A program made the position numbers and the translations under genes. From contig OZ316899.1 in NCBI GenBank assembly GCA_973895155.1, forward strand, positions 1,635,573 through 1,699,572: a stretch of DNA of 64,000 nt, in the 5' to 3' direction. The notes beneath the pieces are model-generated. The model saw nothing but the letters and a program-made list of their open reading frames with translations, was not told the DNA's origin and searched no databases. Positions 22,256 through 33,158 of this stretch are shown piece by piece (the first letter of the stretch is position 1; the number at the start of each line of letters is the position of its first letter). Origin of the DNA: Marsupella aquatica. Taxonomy: Eukaryota; Plantae; Marchantiophyta.

Positions 22256-25200
22256 CGGCGGAGCAGGAATAGAATAGGGTTAGGAATAGCTAAGTCAGGC
22301 TATTGGGACAGGCACCTGCCTTAGTTACCGCAGCACTGCCATGCTGTCCAGCTTGCGTAGATTAGGATCTTCTAATAAGACACAGCCGTTTTTCGGCCTG
22401 ACAGTCAGATTAGTTAGGACCTAAGTCAGCGAATCTTTGGGCGGGAGGACACTCCGTTCCCTGGCCCTTAGTATTTAGTGCACCCCTCGGTAGAGGCAGG
22501 GGGGGTTTTTAGTCTCAGAGTTGGACATCCGTGGTATGTGCGGGGAGTCCCGACCTCTAGGAGTGAACGAGTACCAAGGGGAGGGGGTAGGACTAAGCTC
22601 GTCGGGCGAGTGCGGAGCTGGACTCCATTGTAGTGTACTCCCTCGGCCTTGAACCTATTCATTCCGGAGCTGTCGGGTCAACCAAGTGTCCGCATATGTC
22701 CCCTATGTAGTAAAATCCTTTCCCATTATTTCCTTCGTGTAAATCAAGATTGTATGCTTGTGCGCGTGTATATGTGTGTGAATCTCGTGTATAGGTGACA
22801 ACGTCGGGCCGAACACACTACCCGAGTCGTGCACGGGGTGCAGCTTGCGGGTATGTGGTTGCGAGCACGGGTTGAGGACCTGTATCATTGAATCCAGATC
22901 GAAGGCGGACAATACAAAGGCTTAGAAGTCCTTAAGCCGGGGTCGATCCTGTTATCGACTAAGGTACGTTCTGGCGGCGGAACACAAACCATACCTAGGA
23001 GATGTCCGTTTCTAACAGTAGGCGCACTTAGCGCTAGTTTATGTGAATTAGGTGCATTATGTTCTTCCCTCCCTGCCCGAACCCTCATATTTACGAAGGA
23101 TGTGCCCGTTTAAAGCTGAAGCCCGAGTTAAGGTCAAGGCTAATGACGTGACAGGAAGGAAGAGCTTGAGTCGGAAAGGGTGAACAGGGAAGTGAATAGA
23201 ACTACTCGGTGTCTCCAAGAGGTTCTAAAGGAGAATGGGCAGTTCGAGGGGAGAAATGTGACAAGCTACCTTAAGTCTTACTTGATAGAAGCAGCTGTCT
23301 ACAAGTTGGACGAAGGGACGACGGTGAAAGAGTTCATGGTGCTGGTTGAGAAGGAGTTGAATTTGACGGTGCGGACCATCGTTGAGTCAACTGAGGGCTG
23401 GGATGACTTCGACCAGAAGATGAAAGAGGAGTTCCAAGCGGAGGATGCTGATCGGGTCACGCAGGCTACCTTCTTGGATTGGGTGAATGACAGGAACAAG
23501 AAGCTGAAAGGGCCGCAAGAGCTCCTAAGGGAGTTCAAGAAAAGGGTGTCTTAGTTACCGAAGCGGGATGTGGAAATCATCGAGTTGCAGCGCTCAACGC
23601 TCTTCTTGAGGGCAGCCGATGAGGACCTTCGAGAGGAGCTTGAGAACGCAATGGAGCTGCTGGAACCTTCGAGAGTTACCTTGCCTAACGACTGGAACCA
23701 AGTTGAGAAAGCGGTGTCAAAAGTGAGCAATCGACACTAGCGGCGAGAGCTAGATAAGGAGGCTACCACTCTCGACCTAAGGCCGCCGGAAACGATATTG
23801 AGGAAAGGGAAGCGAGAACCAGCAAAGGATGAGATCAAACCATTGGTGGATGATCTCGCGGAAATGATGCAGAACCTGAAGATCTTGGTGGCACATGCGG
23901 TCGAGAATCCAAAACTGAGGGTTGGGAGTGCTCCCGAGAGGAAGCAAGAGATGCAGAGTTGGCCATGCATGTGGTGCGATAGCAAAGAGCATGACAAACG
24001 GGAGTGCCTGGACCTGAGGGAAGCTACGGATAAAGGGCTGATCAAGTTCGTCGGTGAAGTTGGTCAGAAAAATATATCGTTTGCCGATACTAAAGAGCCA
24101 ATTCCATTCAACTCCAACAAGGGAGGCATGAAGGCTTTGGCTGAGAAGCGAGCTGGGAAGCGAGGCGAAGAGGCGTCCTCTTTGCACCTGGAAGCAAATG
24201 TTTACAATGTGGAGTTGGATGGACCCGTGACGGAAATGGACAAGTTTTACAAGCGCTTGGCGGATCTGGTGCGAGAGAGATCCGGATGGAGTGACCCGAT
24301 GCTGATCAATGCGATAACGGTTGAGGTTGGGGCTAGTTGGGATGCCTCGGTCGAGTCAAAAAGGAAGAAAACCGACGAGGATGACACTCCGTCTCAATCA
24401 GGGGAACGAGAGAGGCGGGATACTTGAGACAAGGAAAGAAGGGTTAGGTTCAAAGAAGAGGAAATGAGCGAGAAAGAGCCGGAGAAAGGGAAACCGGTCA
24501 GGAAGGACCCGGGCTGGGTGCTTGGCAGGGATGTGGACCAGGCCATGTACCCCGAGGTTGTAGCTGAGAAGTTCTGGAGCCAACAGGCTCAAGGGTTTAC
24601 GAATGCCGAGTTCTTTGGCAGTATGAGGCGGGAGATCCAGGAAGCAATCTTGGAGAGATCCAAGAGGAAACGGATTTACAAAGAGGGCCCTCACACCTTG
24701 ATGGGGGAGGCTGGCGAGACGGAAATTGGAAGTTTCCAAACTTACACTGCTGGGGTGTCCATGGGTTCAGGTAGTAAGCTTGCTGGCCCCGAAGAGTCAG
24801 ACTTGGGGAAACCAAAGAGGGTCAAGTCCCTTGAAGAGGAGTTCATGAACTTGGACGATGAGTTCTTTGATGCGGAAGAGGAGCTCATGGGAACCGGAAG
24901 CGAAGCTGAGTCTGTGGCAAACTAGGACCCGACTGAAGGGGAAGAACAAGAAAGCATTACCGCACAGTCGAGGACCATTCATGTCATGGGCTCAATGAAA
25001 GGAAACGGTTATGCTTACCGAGATGGATACTGGGCTCGAGCAAGTCCGGAGAGCAAGTGCCAATTAGAAGGAATGGAAGGCAAGGTGCGGGCGCTCATTG
25101 ATACTGGCTTGGAGATCAACTTGATGGATCCAAAGGTGTTTCAAAAGGGGAATTGGCCGGTGGATAATGAGTTGCTTTGGAGTGTGAACTCGGTGAGTTC

Positions 25201-26258
25201 AATGAAGGACTATCTTTGGGGCGGATGTCCAAATGTGATGGTGAAGTTCGGGAATGTCAAGCAGGCTTGTAACATTTTGGTTCATGAGCACTTGTCGTTT
25301 CCGGTGATACTGGGCATGCCGTTCATCACTTAATGGAGGATGGAGACAAAGGTTCTGGATGATACTACCTTCATGGTGAAGGTTTGGGGCAAAGATGATA
25401 AGGAGGTGGTTCAATTTCCGGCGGTTCTACTTGGAGATGAGAGGAACCGAAAGCAGCTGCAAGATCCAACAGCGACAGAAGTTGGCATTGCTATGGGGGA
25501 GAACCGAGATGCTAAGATGGATCTAAGTGCAAAGTTCAAAGGGGAGCCAATTGCGGACCAAAAGATGGGGAGTCTAGTGTTCAAGGAAGAGTGTTACTCA
25601 GGAGAGCTACTGGACATTGGGAAGTATCTCAGTGACTTTGGGAAGCGGCTGAAGCAGGATGGTAAAGAGTTCAAAGACATTCGAGTGAAATCAGATAAGT
25701 TCATTCTTAGAGAGGGCTACCTTTGGCGGAAACCTAAGGGCCCCATGCTAGTACCGAGGAGAGTTGTCGATTCTAAGGATGAGCAAAAGCGGATTTTGGA
25801 GGAAGTCTATGATGCTGAGGTCAAAGGTGGTTTGAAAGGAATAAGGGCGAAGGTCTGTGAGCAGATTTGAAAGGAGTATTGGTGGCCAGATTTATATTGG
25901 GATGTTCAGGAGTATGCTGACAATCGAGGGATCCATCACAACTTGAAGAGGCAGATTCAAGAGCTTGATCGGATTGACTATCGAGTTGTTGACATACGGG
26001 AGAGAGTGAAGGTTTGCAAGGTGCGAACTAGAGATGAAATGGACTCAAGTTCCGACTTGAGTGAATTTGAAGACGAGGCACTGGTCCAGGCGCATCAGTT
26101 GGACTTGAGTTTTGAAAGTGGCTTGACTGGTTCTGATTCGGATGACTTGGACTTTGAGTTTCTGGAAAGTGGAGTGCCTAAGGCCGAGTCTGAAGGCTTT
26201 GGGTTTGAGTTTCTTGAGGAGGAAGATTGGAGCAGACCGGAGGCTGCTCAGGTTTACT

Positions 26259-26267
26259 GGGGGAGAA
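26259..26267 (+). other. Polypurine tract of element B
   Basis: GGGGGAGAA directly before the 3' LTR TGT. Confidence 0.8.
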
Positions 26268-27115
26268 TGTCGTGCCGAAAGATTTTGGCTCAAGAATGGC
26301 TTTTATAGGGGATGATGGGCGAGGCCTCCCGGTTGGGTTGCGTGCATGCTGACTTGGAGGGGCTGCTTGGTTGGATGGATTGAGGTTTGGTGATTGGGTG
26401 ACTCGTCGTCACCAGGTTTGGTGTTTGGGTGAGTCACCAGGCTTGGAGTTGGCTGAGCCTCACTGATGGCAGTTGGCTCAGGCTGGATGGTTGGGTTTCC
26501 AATGCTACTTAAGACTTGAGCCTCGGCTCATTGAGGTTAGCGGTTGTCTATTGAGATCGGTTGAGTTGCATTCTATGAGTTTTGCTCCGTTCTGCAGAAC
26601 TCGACTGTTGTGCGGCGGTTTTGGAGTTCTGAGCAAGTGTTGGATCCAGGTGTGGAGTTTTTGATCCAGACGGGGAATTTCTCGAGTTTGGAGTCTCGTT
26701 GATCCAGGCGGGGATTTCTCAAGTTTGGAGTCTCGTCGATCCAGGCGAGGATTTCTTGAGTTTGGAGCCTCGTTGGTCCAGGCCCGAGTTCCATGTGAGC
26801 TATTTTAGACTAGTGGAGTAGCTAGTCGACTTTTGGTTTTGTGAGCTAAGGAGGATAGTTTTCCCGTCAGATTTTGAGTAGTTAGTCACTCGAGGAGTTC
26901 TACTCGACAAGTTAGAGGTAGCAGCCCGCCGTAGGGCCAACTACCAGACTCTTGCGGGCAAGCTTACTCAAGGGCACCTATTGTAACCTTTGTGAGAAAA
27001 GTAAAAAATATAAAGGAGTGAGAGTTCGCTCCGAAAAGTGCTTGTCGCCTGTCCCGATCGCAGCCAGAAACGCGCAGTTTGCCCAAGGAGCCGCTAACTT
27101 TAAGTCCTTGCGACA
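26268..27115 (+). repeat. 3' LTR of element B (848 bp)
   Basis: TGTCGTGCC...CCTTGCGACA. Confidence 0.95.
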
Positions 27116-30100
27116 CCGTCCATGCCTGCTTTGTCCTGGTTATCTCCTCTTGCAGCTCCTTGCATATATGTTGGACTCTGCTCAGATGATCATTGGCCGC
27201 AGTGCAAATGGCGTCCTCATGCTTCTCTCGCATGGCCTCCAACCGGTTGAGTAACTTGTCATACTTCCTTTGGGCTTCTGCCAAGGCCTTCTCGCGCTGG
27301 GTGGCCTGCTCCTTAGCCGTCTTTCTGAGCCTCTCAACTTGCCAATTTAGACCCTGTACCTCCGCTTTTGAATCGGCTAAGTCTAGCTCTACCTTCGTCA
27401 GATTTTCTTTGATCTGCTGGTTATCCAATTGGTTGTTCACCACCTCCAATTCCTATTGCTTAGCCAAGAGATCCTGTTGAGCTTGTTGATCAAACTTTGT
27501 CTTAGCAACTTCGGCTTCCATGGAGCAAAGCCGAGCGATTACCTCCTCCTTCTTTAGTCGCTCCAACGTCATTGCCTCCTCCAACCTTGTCTGGTCAGCC
27601 ATTTCCTTTCTAAGAAATGGTCTGGATTCTAACTCATTGCCAAAGATTTCTAAGGCTAGCAGTCCACACATGTCTCCATACTCCCTAGCCCGATCCGTCG
27701 CATATTTTGACCTGCCAGGTGATACTGGCATCTGCCAACGAGGCCGTTTCTCCCAAGCTTCTGCCCGTAACTAATCAAAGTCAGTGAGAGGCGCGGCCTG
27801 CTTCTCACTAAGCCATTTTATTTCCTCCGGCCAATCACCGCTTGGTAGCTGCCGTTCCTGTATGTCATTTTGGGCCCTCCACTCGTTGAGTTTCTCCTTG
27901 AAACCTGCCTCGGCTTCCTTCATTCAGTCAAATTCCAATGGTGTCATGTCCGGTGGCGGAGACTTTGGGGTTTTCAGATCCTCCGGCTTGCCATAAAAGA
28001 CTGAGGGAAGTCTTCTACAAAACCTTCCCAACGTTCTTACTCTTGGCACCGGTCTCTCCTCATGATCGACATAATCATCGTCGTAGTCATCCACATTAAC
28101 CTGACTACCGAGCATGCCGCCTTCTTCTGCAAAGCCCCCAATCTCCTCCACTGAGTATTGTTGGGCTGCCATAGGTTGATTTACCTCCACTGGTTCCTCC
28201 ACTCGGGCCCGGCTAGAATCTCTAAGGACTGGCCTCTCCTGACTAAGGCCTTGGCTTCCATCTTCTGACTCCGAACCCATTTGCTCATCTCGTTTCTTTC
28301 TTTCTTTGGCAGTCATTTTCCTCTCTACCAGTTGAATACCTGCATATGGGTTATTACGAGTAGGCCGTCGCAACGGATTTCTCACCACATCATATGTTAC
28401 CACCTTTGGTTCCTTGAGAGGGGAATTCTCCCGTCCCTAGACTGCCTATATTGTCGGCCTCTTCTCTTATCGTCGCTTGTTCAGGGGCAACTCGTCCCCC
28501 TCCTCCACTCATGCTGTAATCAGCATCCTCTCCTATAGTGGTAACACGGGTGCAAAAAACTGGCTTCTTGCATATTGGCAAAGTAATTGCAGATGGTACC
28601 CTAGTTTGGATAACGCTCCTTCCCCAATACTCTACTTCTCCTCATTCAATGCCTTCTTTAACTGCATTAAAAGATAGCCATTGTAGTCTCGGCTTGAATC
28701 GATATTCTCCACCAAAAATACCTGGGCTTTGCCGATCTCTGCTCTCGGCAATGTATAGTGTAGCGTGACTCGTAAGAAATCAATCAACTGCCCCACATGT
28801 GGATTAGTGCATTGATTTCTAAAGAACCCATTCTTAGTAGAGGGCCCTGGAAATGATCGGAATTGATTATTTTACAATGTCTTTTACTGCTCCACCTTAG
28901 TTTTATTCCCTTGTGGAAGAGCAAAGACAGCTTCAATTAGTGTTGGCGTTAATTCCACCACCTTCCCATACACCAATGTCGTGTTAGAAGAAGCCTCCCA
29001 ACATCCTACGAAGTCTAATAGATCTTTGTCTTGTATGTCAATTAACCGCCATGGTAACCGAATGAATCCCTCTAAGCCGGTGTCGTTCATGTATCCAGAA
29101 TACTTGTTATCCTGGATAGCACAGAAGACCTCATCTTCTTCTCGTGCAAACTGTAGTTGGAAGTCGGCAGGTAGCTTATCCGCCCAACCCGTCATAAACT
29201 TATCCTCCATTGCCCTATCACAAATTGGCACAGCTTCAGCCTTGGCCTGCCTCTCTGATCGATTCCACTTAGCTGGTGTTGCAGACGCCAACTACCTTTA
29301 CGCTTCTTCTCTTCAGTTCCTGAGAACTCTCCAAGAATGGCTTCTTTGGACCAAGCCGAAGTGTGACCCTTCAACTCCCACACCGGCTGTCCAGCATTCT
29401 TAATTGCCTCTCGAATTCCAACAACTTGATTCTCTCTGATCAGCAACTCATCAAGCTCGGCACTGGTGGGAATCCATATGAATTTCTCAAGTACCTCCTC
29501 CATTCCCACAAACGCCGTCTTATGAATTCCCCATAACCGCGCAAGCTCTACCCATTCCCTTGCTGCTCGTTCTGGCTTGACGTCTTCGTAGGTTGGTATG
29601 AGCTGTCGTGCTTCTTCAAGCAAACAGCCCCAGAACTTGGCCGCTTGATTCACCGTGGTCATTCCACCAAAAGAAAAAGGAGCTTGAACAATTCCCTAGC
29701 CACCTCCCTCGATTGATCGGCAGCTGCTTCCGCGGTCCTAGGTTGATCGAACAAGCAAATGAGCAAGTGTACAGAGTGTCGGTTCCCTCCCTGCGAAGCC
29801 GCCTCCTGATGGCTTGCCTGATCAAGCCCGAATTAGGTCATAACCCTAATCCTGCTCAATTGCGACCGTTGGATCTTACCTTATCGCAATCCTCCTTATA
29901 ACACATTGCAATCGGCTACAGTCTTTATTCCTACCTTATACTATTTAGCCATTATCTTTATTTAGCCATTATTTTAGGCTTAACTAATGTCAAACACTTG
30001 TCAAGGAGCTTAAGCGGCTTTCCTCCCCAAAAGACTACCAATACCTGCTCCATATCATACCAGGGTCACAAAGGATTGACAAAACTTCTGAAATGTGCCT

Positions 30101-30249
30101 ACAATGTCTAATCACTCCATACATAAGTAGTTTCAACTCTCCACTTCTAGAGAGGTAGTCCCCTTGACTACTTTTATACTCACACCCTTCCCCTCTCCTC
30201 TACTCCAAGGATCAGCAAGGGGGATCTCCGCTCCAAGCTGTCACCTTAG

Positions 30250-30610
30250 AGTAGATTCTCACATAAACACCCAAGAACCCAAAGTACTTTCCTCTTCAAG
30301 CTTAAGTCTCCTCAAGACCCTCAAAGTAGTGTTACTCCTCAACTTTGCCCCCTGGCCTTGGTTTGGGTCCACACATCCCCTTTGAGCTCTAGAGAAGGCT
30401 CCTCTATCTAAGGACTCTTCCTCTTGTACTTACGTTTTGTTAACACCACACACCAAATAAAGTACTTTCCACCCTCAAGCTATAATCCTCTCTAAGTCTC
30501 AAAGTAGTGCTCTACCTTAACCTTGCCTCCTTGGCCTTGGTTTTGTACTAGCACATCCCCTTCAAGCTTAGACCAAGATTACATCATAGCATGGACTCTT
30601 CTCTTGCTCT
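30250..30610. repeat. Two diverged tandem copies of a ~180-bp unit in unassigned non-coding segment F (30071-32904)
   Basis: AAAGTACTTTCC at 30281/30459, CTCAAAGTAGTG at 30320/30498, GGCCTTGGTTT at 30354/30533 and GGACTCTT at ~30412/30593 (period 178-181). Confidence 0.7.
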
Positions 30611-33158
30611 CATATATTCAAATGCACTCACACTTAATGGTCACAATGAAGATTGGCAAGTATCCTTTTATTGCATCAACTTTACAACAAAAGGTCACTA
30701 CACATTCTCCACACTAAGCATGGACTACCTCTCCCTTCTCAAGCTTAACCCTACCTTGGCAAGGTAGAGATTCCACTTAAGAGATGAGACTCCCGGTCCC
30801 TAACAAATGAAAACTTACTCCTTATATACTATTCTCCTTCCAAACCACACCAATCTTGACCTGGGGTCCAACTACTCCTCCCCCAAGTCCTCCTAACACA
30901 CAAAGTCCAACTCTATAGTTTGTAGCCCACCCTACAACCTATTGTTTGGACTCCTTCCAAGCCCTGGAATATGCCACACATGAGTTGCATGATTTGACCT
31001 CCAAAACTGCTCCCACTCATGGTCCTCCTCACCAGCTTCCCAACCCACTTGAAATCTTGTAAAAAGAGTGAGTGAGTCTCGAGTTGTGCCTAGTCAAAGA
31101 TGGCCTTATTTTACTTGTAACCCCTTTACTACCCTAAGTAAACTACCCCCTATACTTACTTTTCTTAACATGATGGCCTTACACCTTTGAACAAAGGTAA
31201 GTACCCTTCCCTAGAGCCTAACTAAAGTAGTATGGGTGCAAGAAAGGTCAGCCCCTAAATCTGGTAGTCATTCCCCTATGCCGACTTTGGTTTGCAAGCT
31301 ATCGGGACCCCCTCATGGCCTCGGCTAAAAATATATTTGAGTGATTATTTTTCTGGGTTTCCACCTTCACCAAGGGGTGCCTTACCTTCTCCTAACTCAG
31401 CACCAAAAAAATTTGGCCCCAACGGATACCCCTAGCCAAAGTTATGCCCATTCTCCCAAGGCCTGTTTTTGGTGTAAAGCGGGTGTAAGCGGCGACCCAA
31501 TTACACTTACCTTACACGCCCCTTATGGAGATTCCAGATGTCACCAGGGGAGAGTACTCTCATTATACTCATGTTTCTTATGAAGAATTTGATAAGGACA
31601 TCAATTTTTGCAGCCATTTTCCTCTCTCTTGAATTCAATCTGAAAGTGCATTATTCTCTGTTGGATTCGAATGGCAGCAGGTCAATCTACAGCTCAACCA
31701 GGTTTGCAACACCCTTCTCAGTCCACCTCCATAGGCATCCAGCCTTGCAAGTGATTCAAAATTGCAGCAAAATTTTGCAGCAGCCATAGCCCACCAATTT
31801 GCAGCTAGCCCTCTTAATTCCTTCCTTGCAGTTGGTCCATTTGCTACTACATTCAATCAATTTGCTAGCAGCCTAGCTCTATTCTCCAGCAGCCGACCAT
31901 AGCTCACCCTTCTCAACTTTGTAGCTAGCAGAGCAGCAACACTATTGAGCTTGCAGCATACTTACTAATCAGCCAACACTCAACATCTCGTGCTTGAAGC
32001 TAGCCCTTCTAATTCTGGTGCAGCAGTAAGTCTGATCAGCTGCCAGCCCTTCAATTTCATAGCCCACCATAGCTCACAGCCAGCCAACTATCTCTTGATC
32101 TTCAGCAGCCTATTTCTCCATAGCAAGCAGCTCTATTCCAATCAGCAACATCGAGGCAGCCAGCCAATTCTGATCAACATCCCATGCCTAAAGCTATAGC
32201 AGCTCAATTCAATTTTGTAGCTGCCTCTTGATCCCACTTCGAAGCAAGCATCTCATGTATTGACCCTTATGGTGTTCCTGACCTCGTGCTTGAGTCACCC
32301 CGGCCTCGTGCTTACGTCGTGGTCGCCGCCGACGCGGTTGACACTTAGAATTGTTTTTGATTTTTTTGTTGGGAAAACAGTATTTCCAGGCCATTTTGGA
32401 CCGCCCCCAAAAATCACACATGAGTCCAAAATGACTTCTGAGTATATATACATATTTTCTGGACATAGGCCTATGTCCTGGTTTACTAATATCTAGACAA
32501 AACCTTATCACTGATTTTCCAAAATTAGGTAAAGTGGGTTAATTATTATGTTTTCCAAAATTCTTCTCACCTTTGAGATGCTCCCAAAAAGTAACCAAAG
32601 ATACCCAACTTCTACCACAAGTTCCCAGGGATATAGTGGACCATATTTAACCCAGTTCCAAACTTGGAACTCCTAAATTTACTCATCAGCTATTTTTCCC
32701 GGGACCCGCTATTTTGTTAATTTAAGTCGCACCAAAACACAAGGAAACCCTAGGTTGAGACCCCACTTGACATCTAACTTTTTAATGGTGCTCTAGGGAC
32801 CTCCTAGCATCTATGGGAAAAATCTGAACCAAAACTAAGATTTCAAGTGTCGGGTTGTTTCTCCGGCTCAGAATAGTCGCCTAGTCTAAATAAGGACGGA
32901 ACGTTGTATGCCCCATCATAAAGACCTTTCTTCCTTACAACATTTTGTATATTTTTTAATATATTGGCCACAAAAACCCCATGGCAGAGGAAACACAGAA
33001 GACCATAAAAGATTCACCCAATCAGCAACCAGCACAGAAAGCCCACACACAGGCCCAGGACAGGTGGCCCAACCCCAAGGCAATTCAAGGTCACACAAAT
33101 GTCAACAGCCCTCCCGTCAATCAGTCATCATATTATAAATCCCTCTATTCCTGATTAT

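Larger units (their letters stand above)
19137..23153 (+). mobile_element. Solo LTR I (4017 bp), A-related family, protein-coding
   Basis: TGTGACGCC...GACGTGACA with a perfect 5-bp TSD GGAAG (19132-19136 and 23154-23158). Removing it restores the host gag frame. Confidence 0.95.
19068..25950 (+). pseudogene. gag: Element B gag-protease and H2C2 integrase remnant (split by solo LTR I)
   Basis: ATG at 19068 reads in frame across I (MGDYDK...RTIRK|EELESERVNRE...). Zinc knuckle-like CMWCDSKEHDKREC; protease RALIDTGLEINLM...VILGMPF; ILREGYLWRK...YWWPDLYWDV. Confidence 0.85.
18178..27115 (+). mobile_element. Element B: non-autonomous Ty3/Gypsy with two LTRs, PBS, gag, protease and an integrase zinc-finger remnant, but no RT, RNase H or integrase core
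   Basis: LTRs 18178-19026 and 26268-27115 (TG..CA, roughly 95% identical by eye); 4-bp TSD CCGT at 18174-18177 and 27116-27119; PBS and PPT in place. Confidence 0.92.
17390..29662 (-). pseudogene. LTR C accessory ORF (~1100 codons) with stops and frameshifts, split by element B
   Basis: MTTVNQAAKFWG (29662) through FAREED...LPW...FALPQG, then a coiled coil. After removing B it reads in frame across the insertion (...RTKQAWT|DEVTKLES...). Stop at 17390-17392. Confidence 0.78.
16611..30070 (-). mobile_element. Protein-coding LTR C (>=4.5 kb after removing element B): segments 30070-27116 and 18177-16611
   Basis: The minus strand starts TGTGACCCTGGTATG at 30070 (compare LTR A start TGTGACACCGCTGGTATG). 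There is no PPT upstream, so it is a solo or 5' LTR. Its 3' end is cut off by element A's LTR at 16610. Confidence 0.7.
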
